Below are positions 24,440 through 31,447 of a DNA stretch of 31,447 bases, piece by piece; the first letter of the stretch is position 1; each line of letters starts with the position of its first letter. The stretch is from a virus (lineage: Duplodnaviria; Caudoviricetes), in IMG/VR virus record IMGVR_UViG_3300032233_000328, positions 1-31,447 of that record; one strand, 5' to 3'. The position numbers and the translations under genes were made by a program. The notes under the pieces are model-generated. The model had not been told where the DNA came from. It made no database searches and worked only from the letters and a program-made list of their open reading frames with translations.

Positions 24440-24620
24440 CTTAATTGGATGGGGTAAACCTTCTGAAGAAGGGGACAACTTTATAGATGAGATTGCGCTT
24501 AATCTATTAGAGACTGAAGCAGACGATTTCTTAGTTACCGAAGCACTTACAAGTGCAGACAATGGATGGGGTGAAGCATACGATTATTCATATTGGGGAG
24601 ATACAATTCCTGAAAGATAA
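24402..24620 (+). CDS. Small acidic virion-associated protein
   Basis: Three GWG motifs and LLETEADDFLVTE. Confidence 0.6.
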   Translation: MANDIGWGAAVSNLIGWGKPSEEGDNFIDEIALNLLETEADDFLVTEALTSADNGWGEAYDYSYWGDTIPER

Positions 24621-24630
24621 AATATAAAAA

Positions 24631-25077
24631 ATGGCAGAGAAAAAAATTAGTCAGTTAACAGCGAAAGGTGCAGCAATAGCAGCTACGGATTTGCTTGTAA
24701 TTTCAGAAGATGCAGGTGGTGGTTCATATACAACTAAAAGTGTAACGGGAGCAAACATTTTAAGCCCTCGTGTTCAATCTGTGACAAGTTCAGCTACAGT
24801 AACTGCTACATCCGCAAATGATTTAGTAAAGATTACTGCACAAGCTGCTGGACTTACTTTGGCTAATCCTACGGGAACTTTTGTAGAAGGTCAAGCATTG
24901 ATTTTTAGAATCAAAGATAATGGTACTGCACGTTCTATTGGGTTTGGTGCTAAGTTTAGGGCTATCGGAGTTACTCTACCTACGACTACAACGATTAGTA
25001 AGACTACCTATGTAGGATGTATATATAATTCTACAGACGATAAATTCGATGTTATTGCATCTTTAACTGAAGCGTAA
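24631..25077 (+). CDS. Putative tail fibre / adaptor protein
   Basis: MAEKKISQLTA...TDLLVI anchor-type N-terminus; LANPTGTF.EGQ...IKDNGTAR beta domain. Confidence 0.6.
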   Translation: MAEKKISQLTAKGAAIAATDLLVISEDAGGGSYTTKSVTGANILSPRVQSVTSSATVTATSANDLVKITAQAAGLTLANPTGTFVEGQALIFRIKDNGTARSIGFGAKFRAIGVTLPTTTTISKTTYVGCIYNSTDDKFDVIASLTEA

Positions 25078-25916
25078 TGTACTACGGACTATTAGGATTA
25101 GCTGGTAAAGTTTCTGCTCCGTCTTTCACAGGATTGCTTGACACTTATTCAGGTGCTGCGGCAGCTTATTCTGCTGCTCGTAGATTAAGTTCTACTTATA
25201 CGGGTAGCCTTATTCGTGTAAGACGTTCAAGTGATAACACAGAACAAGACATAGGATACAATGGAAGCAATGTGCTTGACGAGACTGCCCTTACTACATT
25301 TGTAGGTGCTGGTAATGGATTTGTAACTACTTGGTATGATCAGAGTGGAAACGGGAATAATGTTACTCAATCAACAGCGTCTTATCAGCCTAAAATTGTA
25401 AATAGTGGTTCTGTTATTACATTATTAAGTAAACCCACCATTGATTTTAGTATAACTACTGGTTTTCAACAACTTGATTTTTCTTCTGGTAGTTATACAG
25501 CAGCTTCTGCATTTACTGTATTTAATAGGGCTAACAACATATCAACATATGGAGTTATATATGCTTATGCTGGTGCTGCTTATTCTTTTCATCAGCCTTT
25601 TTCAAATGGAGAAACTTATGATGGATTTTTTATGACATCAAGATTAAGTTTAGGTGGAAATATGCAAACAGCTGGTAATTATATATTACAACAAATAAAC
25701 AACGGTTCTACTCTGATAGATTATTATAATTCAACTGCAACTAATTCTGTAAGTGGAACTTTTGCTAAATCAAGTATATATAAAATTGCTGGAAATGCTG
25801 ATCCAATGTATTATTTTTCTGATAAAATGACAGAACACATACTATGGCTATCTGATAAGTCATCTGATAGGACAGGCATCAACACAAATATAAATACATA
25901 CTATTCAATCTACTAA
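25077..25916 (+). CDS. Putative receptor-binding protein, concanavalin A-like (GH54 arabinofuranosidase-like) fold
   Basis: AAAYSAARRL...IRVRRSSDNTEQDIG...GFVTTWYDQSGNGN. Confidence 0.7.
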   Translation: MYYGLLGLAGKVSAPSFTGLLDTYSGAAAAYSAARRLSSTYTGSLIRVRRSSDNTEQDIGYNGSNVLDETALTTFVGAGNGFVTTWYDQSGNGNNVTQSTASYQPKIVNSGSVITLLSKPTIDFSITTGFQQLDFSSGSYTAASAFTVFNRANNISTYGVIYAYAGAAYSFHQPFSNGETYDGFFMTSRLSLGGNMQTAGNYILQQINNGSTLIDYYNSTATNSVSGTFAKSSIYKIAGNADPMYYFSDKMTEHILWLSDKSSDRTGINTNINTYYSIY

Positions 25917-26161
25917 TGGAAGTTACAGGATATAAATACTACACAGAACAGGAAGCTATTGACGCAAGGGAGGCTTGTGATACATATTACGGCATTCCCG
26001 TATCTCCTACTGATGTTACACAGAATTGGGTGGAACATCAAGAAGCATCTTTAAACACACCTATCTTTTGGTATATTACACACGATGATAGCTTGAATGT
26101 GGTATTAGGTGCGCCAACTGACTTTGATGTTGAGACACCACCGTTCCCACCATTGAATTAA
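25916..26161 (+). CDS. Small acidic protein coupled to the RBP (possible chaperone/partner)
   Basis: TAATG overlap; 81 aa. Confidence 0.6.
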   Translation: MEVTGYKYYTEQEAIDAREACDTYYGIPVSPTDVTQNWVEHQEASLNTPIFWYITHDDSLNVVLGAPTDFDVETPPFPPLN

Positions 26162-26169
26162 CTTAATAC

Positions 26170-26196
26170 AAGGGCGGTTTAATCACCGCCTTTTTT
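26170..26196 (+). terminator. Intrinsic terminator
   Basis: GGCGGT-TTAATC-ACCGCC followed by T6. Confidence 0.8.
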
Positions 26197-26200
26197 GGCT

Positions 26201-27229
26201 ATGAGACTTTTATTTATTTTGATTAGTTTTTCGTCTTTCTCTCAGGCGCTATTAAAATACGATAACATAGAGTCTTGGACTTGGGCGGGTGCTTGGTGGA
26301 ATCCATCTCCAGCAGGATACTATACAAACGCTAAAGTAAGTGGTACTACTTCAGCAGCAATATTAGGAGCAGGTAATGGTACTTCAGCAATAGAGCAAAA
26401 TTGGTATTCATTACCTAATGTAAGTGGATTAAATCCATTATATGAATATGAGTTTAGATTTAGATTAGGATCGTATACATTCAGCAATTCAACAGCTACT
26501 ACAAAAGGTGTAGACGTAGCAGATATAGTAGATGTTCAAGTAAGTAGAGACAACGAATTAACTTATACATCAGAACTGCGTATTACAGGCTTTAATAACT
26601 CTACGTGGGCTTATCAGTCAGCAGCTATAAATCATACGGCAGACGGGACATATAATAGTTCTACGGATGTTTATACAAGTGTAAGTGGAAATAATAACGG
26701 ATTAAGTACGGGGTATTCTACAATTAAACTAAAGATTAGCGGAATAACTCAAATAGCGGTAGATATCTTAGCACGTGTTAATTCAGCTGGGGAAGAATGG
26801 TGGATAGATAACATTGAACTTTGGCAAATCACGAATCCATTACCTATAGAATTTGTTTCTTTTAAAGGAAACTTAGATAGTTTATGGTGGGAAAGCGCAT
26901 CTGAGTTTAATAACGATTACTATACTATAAGCCATAGCTTATACGGATATACCTTTAAAGATGTAGAATATGTAAACGGATTTGTTTACTCTATAGAGCC
27001 TAAACGCTATGCTATTAAGAATACGGAAGGGAAAGGCTATTTTAAACTATCACAAACGGATAAAGACGGTACTAAAACTGAGTTAGATATAATTTTTATT
27101 CAAGAACAAAAACAACGAATCTTATTAAAAGTAGTTAATATGTTAGGTCAGCAAGTAGAAATACTTAAAGACGGGGAAGTATACTTACTTATTTACTCAG
27201 ACGGAACTATTCAAAAGATAATTAAATGA
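26201..27229 (+). CDS. Secreted protein with Sec signal peptide and T9SS-cargo-like C-terminal region
   Basis: MRLLFILISFSSFSQ signal; PLPIEFVSF...W.SASEFNNDYY...YFKLSQTDKDG; terminal VVNMLGQQV...VYLLIYSDGTIQKIIK. Confidence 0.75.
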   Translation: MRLLFILISFSSFSQALLKYDNIESWTWAGAWWNPSPAGYYTNAKVSGTTSAAILGAGNGTSAIEQNWYSLPNVSGLNPLYEYEFRFRLGSYTFSNSTATTKGVDVADIVDVQVSRDNELTYTSELRITGFNNSTWAYQSAAINHTADGTYNSSTDVYTSVSGNNNGLSTGYSTIKLKISGITQIAVDILARVNSAGEEWWIDNIELWQITNPLPIEFVSFKGNLDSLWWESASEFNNDYYTISHSLYGYTFKDVEYVNGFVYSIEPKRYAIKNTEGKGYFKLSQTDKDGTKTELDIIFIQEQKQRILLKVVNMLGQQVEILKDGEVYLLIYSDGTIQKIIK

Positions 27230-27474
27230 CACCTCAGATAGTCGCAGATTATACAAAAAAGCACGGCACATCTTTCCTTTTGATTTGTGCTATATTTTGG
27301 CTTAATAACCGTCTTTCTAACGTAGAAGCTAAATTATATGACTGCTTAGAAGATAGCGCACAGATGAAAGCTACACCTGTACACAAACCAAGCCTACACA
27401 AATACGAACCTATCTACGCAATTTTACCAAAAGAAGAAAAATATGGAAAGTCTAAGAGACAGATGGAAAGCTAA
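27226..27474 (+). CDS. Putative lysis accessory membrane protein (holin/antiholin/spanin-like)
   Basis: Single N-terminal TM segment (SFLLICAIFWL) plus short helix; upstream of holin and endolysin. Confidence 0.5.
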   Translation: MTPQIVADYTKKHGTSFLLICAIFWLNNRLSNVEAKLYDCLEDSAQMKATPVHKPSLHKYEPIYAILPKEEKYGKSKRQMES

Positions 27475-27646
27475 AACTCCTGAGTTTTGGAAGAAAGTTC
27501 AACGAGTAGGAGTAATAGCTGGAGTTATTGGTGCTACTTTACTTGCTGCACCGATAGCCTTACCCGCTTCGATCATTACAGGGGCAGGGTATTTAGTAGC
27601 AGTAGGCGGTGTAACAGCTACACTTAGCCAACTAACCAAAGAGTAA
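27443..27646 (+). CDS. Putative holin
   Basis: RWKAKTPEFWKKVQ followed by two hydrophobic segments; directly upstream of the endolysin. Confidence 0.7.
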   Translation: MESLRDRWKAKTPEFWKKVQRVGVIAGVIGATLLAAPIALPASIITGAGYLVAVGGVTATLSQLTKE

Positions 27647-27649
27647 TCT

Positions 27650-28099
27650 ATGAATTTATCAAAACACGTAACTCTCGCAGAGTTTGAAAGAAGCGAAACT
27701 GCAATTAATAGAGGTATTAACAACTCTATGAATGAATGGGAAATTGAAAGAGCCAAGTTAGTATGTGAGAATTGCTTTGAACCTATACGTGCTAAAGTAG
27801 GTGCGCCTATACGTATTAACTCAGGTTTTAGAAGTGGCGCTTTGAATAGGGCAATAGGTGGTGCTTCCACATCTCAGCATAGTTTAGGCGAAGCGATAGA
27901 TTTAGATTTACACGATAGAGACTTGTTTGAGTGGGTTATTGATAACGTAGAGTTTGATCAATTAATTTTTGAAGGTGGAACTACTGATAAAGCAGATTGG
28001 TTTCATATCTCATACAGAAAAGGAAGACTTAGAAAGCAAGTGCTACGAATGGTAAAGAAGGGTGGAAAGACTACCTACATACCTTACGTAAGAAAATAA
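27650..28099 (+). CDS. Endolysin, peptidase M15A family
   Basis: INSGFRS..LNRAIGGASTSQHSLGEAID, FDQLIFE, WFHISY. Confidence 0.9.
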   Translation: MNLSKHVTLAEFERSETAINRGINNSMNEWEIERAKLVCENCFEPIRAKVGAPIRINSGFRSGALNRAIGGASTSQHSLGEAIDLDLHDRDLFEWVIDNVEFDQLIFEGGTTDKADWFHISYRKGRLRKQVLRMVKKGGKTTYIPYVRK

Positions 28100-28100
28100 C

Positions 28101-28123
28101 GCCGAGTAACCCCTCGGCTTTTT
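28101..28123 (+). terminator. Intrinsic terminator after endolysin
   Basis: GCCGAG/CTCGGC stem plus T5. Confidence 0.8.
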
Positions 28124-28133
28124 CATTTAAACT

Positions 28134-28913
28134 ATGACAAGAAAAAGACTCTTCTTCGATATTGAAGTAAGCCCAAACGTTGTTTTAAGCTGGAGAACTG
28201 GATATAACCTAACCATAACTCCATTTGACATTATTCAGGAACGTGCTATAATTTGCATTTGTTGGAAGTGGGAAGGTGAGAATGAAGTACATTCCTTAAC
28301 TTGGGATAAAAAGCAAAATGATAAAGCAATGCTAAAAACCTTTTTAAAAGAGGTAAATAAAGCAGATGAACTTATCGGACATAACTCAGATAGATTCGAC
28401 GTCAAATGGCTGCGTACAAGATGCGTTTATCATAGCGTTGATATGTTCCCTACCTATCAAACGTTAGACACGCTTAAAATGGCTAAAAGTGGCTTTATTT
28501 TTAATTCTAATAAGTTAGACTATATAGCCCAATATTTAGGAGTAGGAAAAAAGTTAGAAACTGGTGGTATTGATCTATGGAAAAAAGTGTGTTTAGAAAA
28601 AGACGAAACTGCTTTAGAACATATGGTAGAGTATTGCAAACAAGACGTAGTAATCTTAGAAAAGGTATTCGATAAACTAAGACCATATTCAAAGCATAAA
28701 CTAAACTACGCTATGTTAAGAGGTGGAGATAAGTTTGAGTGTCCGAATTGCGGTACGTACAATGTTAAGTTATCTAAGACGTACACAACGAGTGCTGGAG
28801 TAATGCGTCATTCTTTCGTATGTAAAGAAGGATGTCGAAGCGCATATACTGTTAGTAACAAAACTTATCAGGATTGGCTTAAACATCTTATCTTAGTCAA
28901 GAATATAAAATAG
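28134..28913 (+). CDS. DnaQ/RNase H-like (YprB-type) 3'-5' exonuclease with C-terminal zinc ribbon
   Basis: FFDIE (Exo I), GHNSDRFD (Exo II), YCKQDV (Exo III), CPNCG...CKEGC. Confidence 0.85.
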   Translation: MTRKRLFFDIEVSPNVVLSWRTGYNLTITPFDIIQERAIICICWKWEGENEVHSLTWDKKQNDKAMLKTFLKEVNKADELIGHNSDRFDVKWLRTRCVYHSVDMFPTYQTLDTLKMAKSGFIFNSNKLDYIAQYLGVGKKLETGGIDLWKKVCLEKDETALEHMVEYCKQDVVILEKVFDKLRPYSKHKLNYAMLRGGDKFECPNCGTYNVKLSKTYTTSAGVMRHSFVCKEGCRSAYTVSNKTYQDWLKHLILVKNIK

Positions 28914-28917
28914 TTTT

Positions 28918-28936
28918 TGTTTCTTTTAGGTGTTTA
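28918..28936 (+). promoter_or_regulatory. 3'-UTR segment antisense to early-gene leaders
   Basis: TGTTTCTTTTAGGTGTTTA can pair with 30218-30237 and 29085-29102. Confidence 0.6.
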
Positions 28937-28962
28937 GAGGGTGGCTTTGGCTGCCCTTTTTT
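28937..28962 (+). terminator. Intrinsic terminator ending the late region
   Basis: GAGGGTGGC-TTTG-GCTGCCCTT plus T-tract. Confidence 0.88.
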
Positions 28963-29051
28963 GTTAAATAGTATTTACATAAAAGCCCTTATTTGTAAAG
29001 AGTATTTACTATTAACAATCAAATGTTAATTAAATAATTGTTTAAAAGTAC

Positions 29052-29081
29052 TTGCTTATTAACAAAATAGACTTATATTTG
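29052..29081 (+). promoter_or_regulatory. Consensus Bacteroidota primary-sigma promoter (early)
   Basis: TTG 29052-29054, 19-nt spacer, TATATTTG 29074-29081. Confidence 0.88.
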
Positions 29082-29104
29082 TCGAAACAATTAAAAGAAA
29101 CACT

Positions 29105-29344
29105 ATGAAAAAACAACTGAAAGAAGCACGTATGCTTCACCTGAGAGCAGATCAGCTTTTAGAACTTTGCGAAGAAGCGCAAAAGAAAGTAGAATCAATG
29201 TGCAGATGGAATGTAGAGGTAGCAATCCCTAACGGATTTGAAACCCATTCTGACGAAGACATTGAATTTCAAGAACGAGTAGTAGAACGTATATGGAGAA
29301 GCTACCGAGTATTAGTAAACAAAATCAATGAGAACACGATATGA
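29105..29344 (+). CDS. Hypothetical early protein
   Basis: First ORF after the consensus promoter. Confidence 0.75.
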   Translation: MKKQLKEARMLHLRADQLLELCEEAQKKVESMCRWNVEVAIPNGFETHSDEDIEFQERVVERIWRSYRVLVNKINENTI

Positions 29345-29478
29345 AAGACGATTTAATTAAATACGTTGAACAATTAGAAATTGAACGACAAGAGAACGCT
29401 GAAGTATATTCAGAGGAAACACTAAACAGATTAGACAATTTAATTAAAGAATATCACAAATTTATATTATCGCTATGA
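29341..29478 (+). CDS. Small hypothetical protein (45 aa; not in ORF track)
   Basis: ATGA overlaps at both ends; MKDDLIKYVEQLEIERQEN... Confidence 0.7.
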   Translation: MKDDLIKYVEQLEIERQENAEVYSEETLNRLDNLIKEYHKFILSL

Positions 29479-29663
29479 AAACACGAAACCCATTTAAGAA
29501 AGCAGTACAGGCATTGAATCAACACCTAAAAGCTACTACATTAGAGAACGAGTTTATCCCTAATAACGGAGTAAGACACGGAGACTTAAAACGCTACTGG
29601 GATAATTACAATGCAGCATTAGTTAACCGAATCTCAGAAATCAGAAATTATGAAAAGCTATAA
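29475..29663 (+). CDS. Hypothetical protein
   Basis: 62-aa ORF, ATGA overlap. Confidence 0.65.
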   Translation: MKTRNPFKKAVQALNQHLKATTLENEFIPNNGVRHGDLKRYWDNYNAALVNRISEIRNYEKL

Positions 29664-29793
29664 GATAACATACAGAGTAAAAGTCAAAGAGTGGGAGACA
29701 CGTTATTTAATAGTTCGTGCTTACACACATTCGGAAGCTAAAGAACGCTTTACACTTTGGAAAGGATTAATAACAGATATACACGAGATATGA
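29650..29793 (+). CDS. Small hypothetical protein (47 aa; not in ORF track)
   Basis: MKSYKITYRVKVKEWETRYLIVRAY...DIHEI; ATGA overlap with the next gene. Confidence 0.65.
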   Translation: MKSYKITYRVKVKEWETRYLIVRAYTHSEAKERFTLWKGLITDIHEI

Positions 29794-30209
29794 ACTACGA
29801 ACTAAACACGATTAGAAACACGAAAAAAACTTTTGCTAAGAACACACGCTATATGTTCGAAGACTTCTTAATAACTTGCCCTTTCTCTATGTCTTATCTA
29901 CGTGAGAAGAACCGAAAACAAGAAGTAATGCAATGGAGACAGATAGGAATGGCTTGGTATGCTATGGAGTATAACTCTTTAACACAAGCTGGAGAGTTCT
30001 TTAATCACGATCACAGCACAGTAGTACACGCTCTTAAATGTATTCAGGACAGGAAATGGAATCCGTCTTTATCTAACAAGGTAGATGCAATTTTAGAACT
30101 GATGCAGTTAGAAATAGAAAGTTCAGATCAGATAGGAATGCGAGAAGTTAACTCATTAGTTTACTTAGAAAAATTAATTAGAAAGAAACTTGCTTTTGTT
30201 GAAAAGTAG
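29790..30209 (+). CDS. DnaA domain IV (C-terminal HTH)-like DNA-binding protein
   Basis: RKQEVMQWRQIGM...SLTQAGEFFNHDHSTVVHALKCI matches the DnaA signature SLxxIGxxFxRDHTTVxHA; start reassigned to ATG 29790. Confidence 0.8.
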   Translation: MNYELNTIRNTKKTFAKNTRYMFEDFLITCPFSMSYLREKNRKQEVMQWRQIGMAWYAMEYNSLTQAGEFFNHDHSTVVHALKCIQDRKWNPSLSNKVDAILELMQLEIESSDQIGMREVNSLVYLEKLIRKKLAFVEK

Positions 30210-30217
30210 TATATTTG
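30190..30217 (+). promoter_or_regulatory. Bacteroidota primary-sigma promoter
   Basis: TTG 30190-30192, 17-nt spacer, TATATTTG 30210-30217. Confidence 0.8.
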
Positions 30218-30239
30218 TAAACACTTAAAAAGAAACACA

Positions 30240-30779
30240 ATGAAACATTTATTCAAAGCGTTGGCTGAGTTCCAACAAGAAGTGCCAGTAATCTTTAAAG
30301 GTACAACAGCAGGAAGCGGAAACTTTGCTTATCAGTATGCAGACCTTCCAGCTATTCTAAACGTGATTAATCCTTTAATGCAGAAACACGGATTAGGATT
30401 TACCCAACTAACTAACCACAAAGAGGGAGTTGACTATTTAGTAACTGTAGTATTTCACGTAGAAAGCGGAGAGACTTTAGAAACATCGTTACGCCTAATG
30501 CCTGACGTAGAGTTAAAAGGTCAAAACATATTCCAGTCTTACGGAAGCCAACTTACTTACTTTAGACGTTACGGCATCTCTCAGATTTTAGGTTTGGTTA
30601 CGGACAAGGACACGGATGCAGTAGGCGAAACTACCAAGAAAAAGATATTCCCTAATGAACGTTTTGAAACGGGAATGAATATGGTGTTTAAAGGCGAAAT
30701 AACAAAAGCACAATTCCTTAAAGCCGTTAAAGGATACGAACTAACAGAAGACCAATCTAAACAACTCGAAGCGATATGA
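30240..30779 (+). CDS. erf: ERF-family single-strand annealing recombinase
   Basis: YQYADL..I...INPLMQKHGL, HVESGE, YGSQLTYFRRYGISQILGLVTDKDTD. Confidence 0.9.
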   Translation: MKHLFKALAEFQQEVPVIFKGTTAGSGNFAYQYADLPAILNVINPLMQKHGLGFTQLTNHKEGVDYLVTVVFHVESGETLETSLRLMPDVELKGQNIFQSYGSQLTYFRRYGISQILGLVTDKDTDAVGETTKKKIFPNERFETGMNMVFKGEITKAQFLKAVKGYELTEDQSKQLEAI

Positions 30780-31447
30780 AAATTAGATGTAGCGCAATAG
30801 GAAAGCTGATGAGTACTCCCCGATCAAAAGGGGAGACACTCTCAGAAACGGCAAAGACTTACATTCAGGATTTGTTTAAGGAAAAGGAGTTAGGTATATC
30901 ACGGGAGTTTTGGAGCAGATATACCGACAAAGGACTACAAATGGAAGACGAAGCTATTGATTTCGCTGGTCAAGTGTTAGGATGGGATTTCGTAGTAAAA
31001 AACGAACAAGGCTACGAGAACGAATGGATAACTGGAACACCTGACGTAATTACAAAGGACTTACTTGCCGACATTAAATGTTCTTGGGATGGAAACACCT
31101 TTCCTTTATTTGACATTGAGTTAAAGAATAAGGATTACTTTTGGCAACTACAAGGCTATATGTGGTTAACGGGATTAGACCAATCTGAGTTAGTTTATTG
31201 CCTAATGGACACACCTCATCAAATAGTAGAAGACGAAGTACGTAGAGCGCATTGGAAAGCTGGACTTATTGACGAAGATTTAGACCTACGTGAAGCAGTC
31301 CAGTCGCAACATTCATTTGATCACATACCAAACAACCTACGCATTAAAAGATTCATCGTAGAAAGAAACGAAGACGCTATTGAAAATATCAAAGAGAAGG
31401 TAGAGTTAGCACGTGAGTATTACGAACAATTAAAGAGTATAATATGA
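30776..31447 (+). CDS. YqaJ/lambda-exonuclease-like recombination nuclease
   Basis: IRCSAIG, KGLQMEDEAI, GTPD, DIKCSW, YFWQLQGYMWLTG; paired with ERF. Confidence 0.88.
   Translation: MKIRCSAIGKLMSTPRSKGETLSETAKTYIQDLFKEKELGISREFWSRYTDKGLQMEDEAIDFAGQVLGWDFVVKNEQGYENEWITGTPDVITKDLLADIKCSWDGNTFPLFDIELKNKDYFWQLQGYMWLTGLDQSELVYCLMDTPHQIVEDEVRRAHWKAGLIDEDLDLREAVQSQHSFDHIPNNLRIKRFIVERNEDAIENIKEKVELAREYYEQLKSII
31325..31447. repeat. Terminal direct repeat (copy 2)
   Basis: Identical to 1-123. Confidence 0.97.

Noticed and set aside
24631-25916. Diversity-generating retroelement acting on the receptor-binding genes
   Set aside because: No reverse transcriptase gene and no template/variable repeat pair were found.
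1231-28692. All minus-strand ORFs in the track (e.g. 1231-1677, 16093-16554, 19405-19950, 27499-27870) and the + strand 20580-20783 ORF
   Set aside because: They lie wholly within well-supported + strand genes, have Ser/Leu/Phe-rich shadow composition and no recognisable motifs or promoters.
28963-29050. tRNA or attP site in the late/early intergenic gap
   Set aside because: AT-rich sequence with no cloverleaf or T-loop motif, and no integrase in the genome.
120-31447. Alternative genetic code (stop-codon reassignment)
   Set aside because: Standard code 11 gives dense, intact, overlapping genes ending in TAA, TAG and TGA.

Overview
The window is an apparently complete, circularly assembled genome (31,324 bp unique; bases 1-123 are repeated at 31325-31447) of a small tailed dsDNA phage, probably a siphovirus. 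The host is probably a Bacteroidota/Flavobacteriia bacterium, judged from TAnnTTTG promoters, A-rich leaders with no Shine-Dalgarno sequence, and a T9SS-type cargo gene. All credible genes are on the + strand. Modules in order: early and recombination genes (DnaA-domain-IV protein, ERF, YqaJ exonuclease, HNH-AP2, SSB-like); replication (DUF4373-type initiator, SF4 helicase); C5 methyltransferase, nuclease and NinG; an ECF sigma factor; packaging (TerS, N6/N4 methyltransferase, TerL); tail (frameshifted chaperone, tail tip, tape measure); head (XkdF protease, scaffold, capsid); tail tube, portal and receptor-binding proteins; lysis (holins, M15A endolysin). No integrase or repressor was recognised. 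The most notable signals are regulatory. (1) Two 3'-UTR elements, each just before an intrinsic terminator, are antisense to the start-codon or leader regions of the three genes that directly follow host-type promoters, suggesting late-to-early antisense shut-off. (2) A kissing-loop, attenuator-like RNA leader precedes the replication genes. (3) A recurring AAC-N17-GTT motif is the probable promoter for the phage ECF sigma factor. The phage also encodes a signal-peptide protein with a T9SS-cargo-like C-terminus. All functional calls come from motif recognition by eye; no database searches were run.
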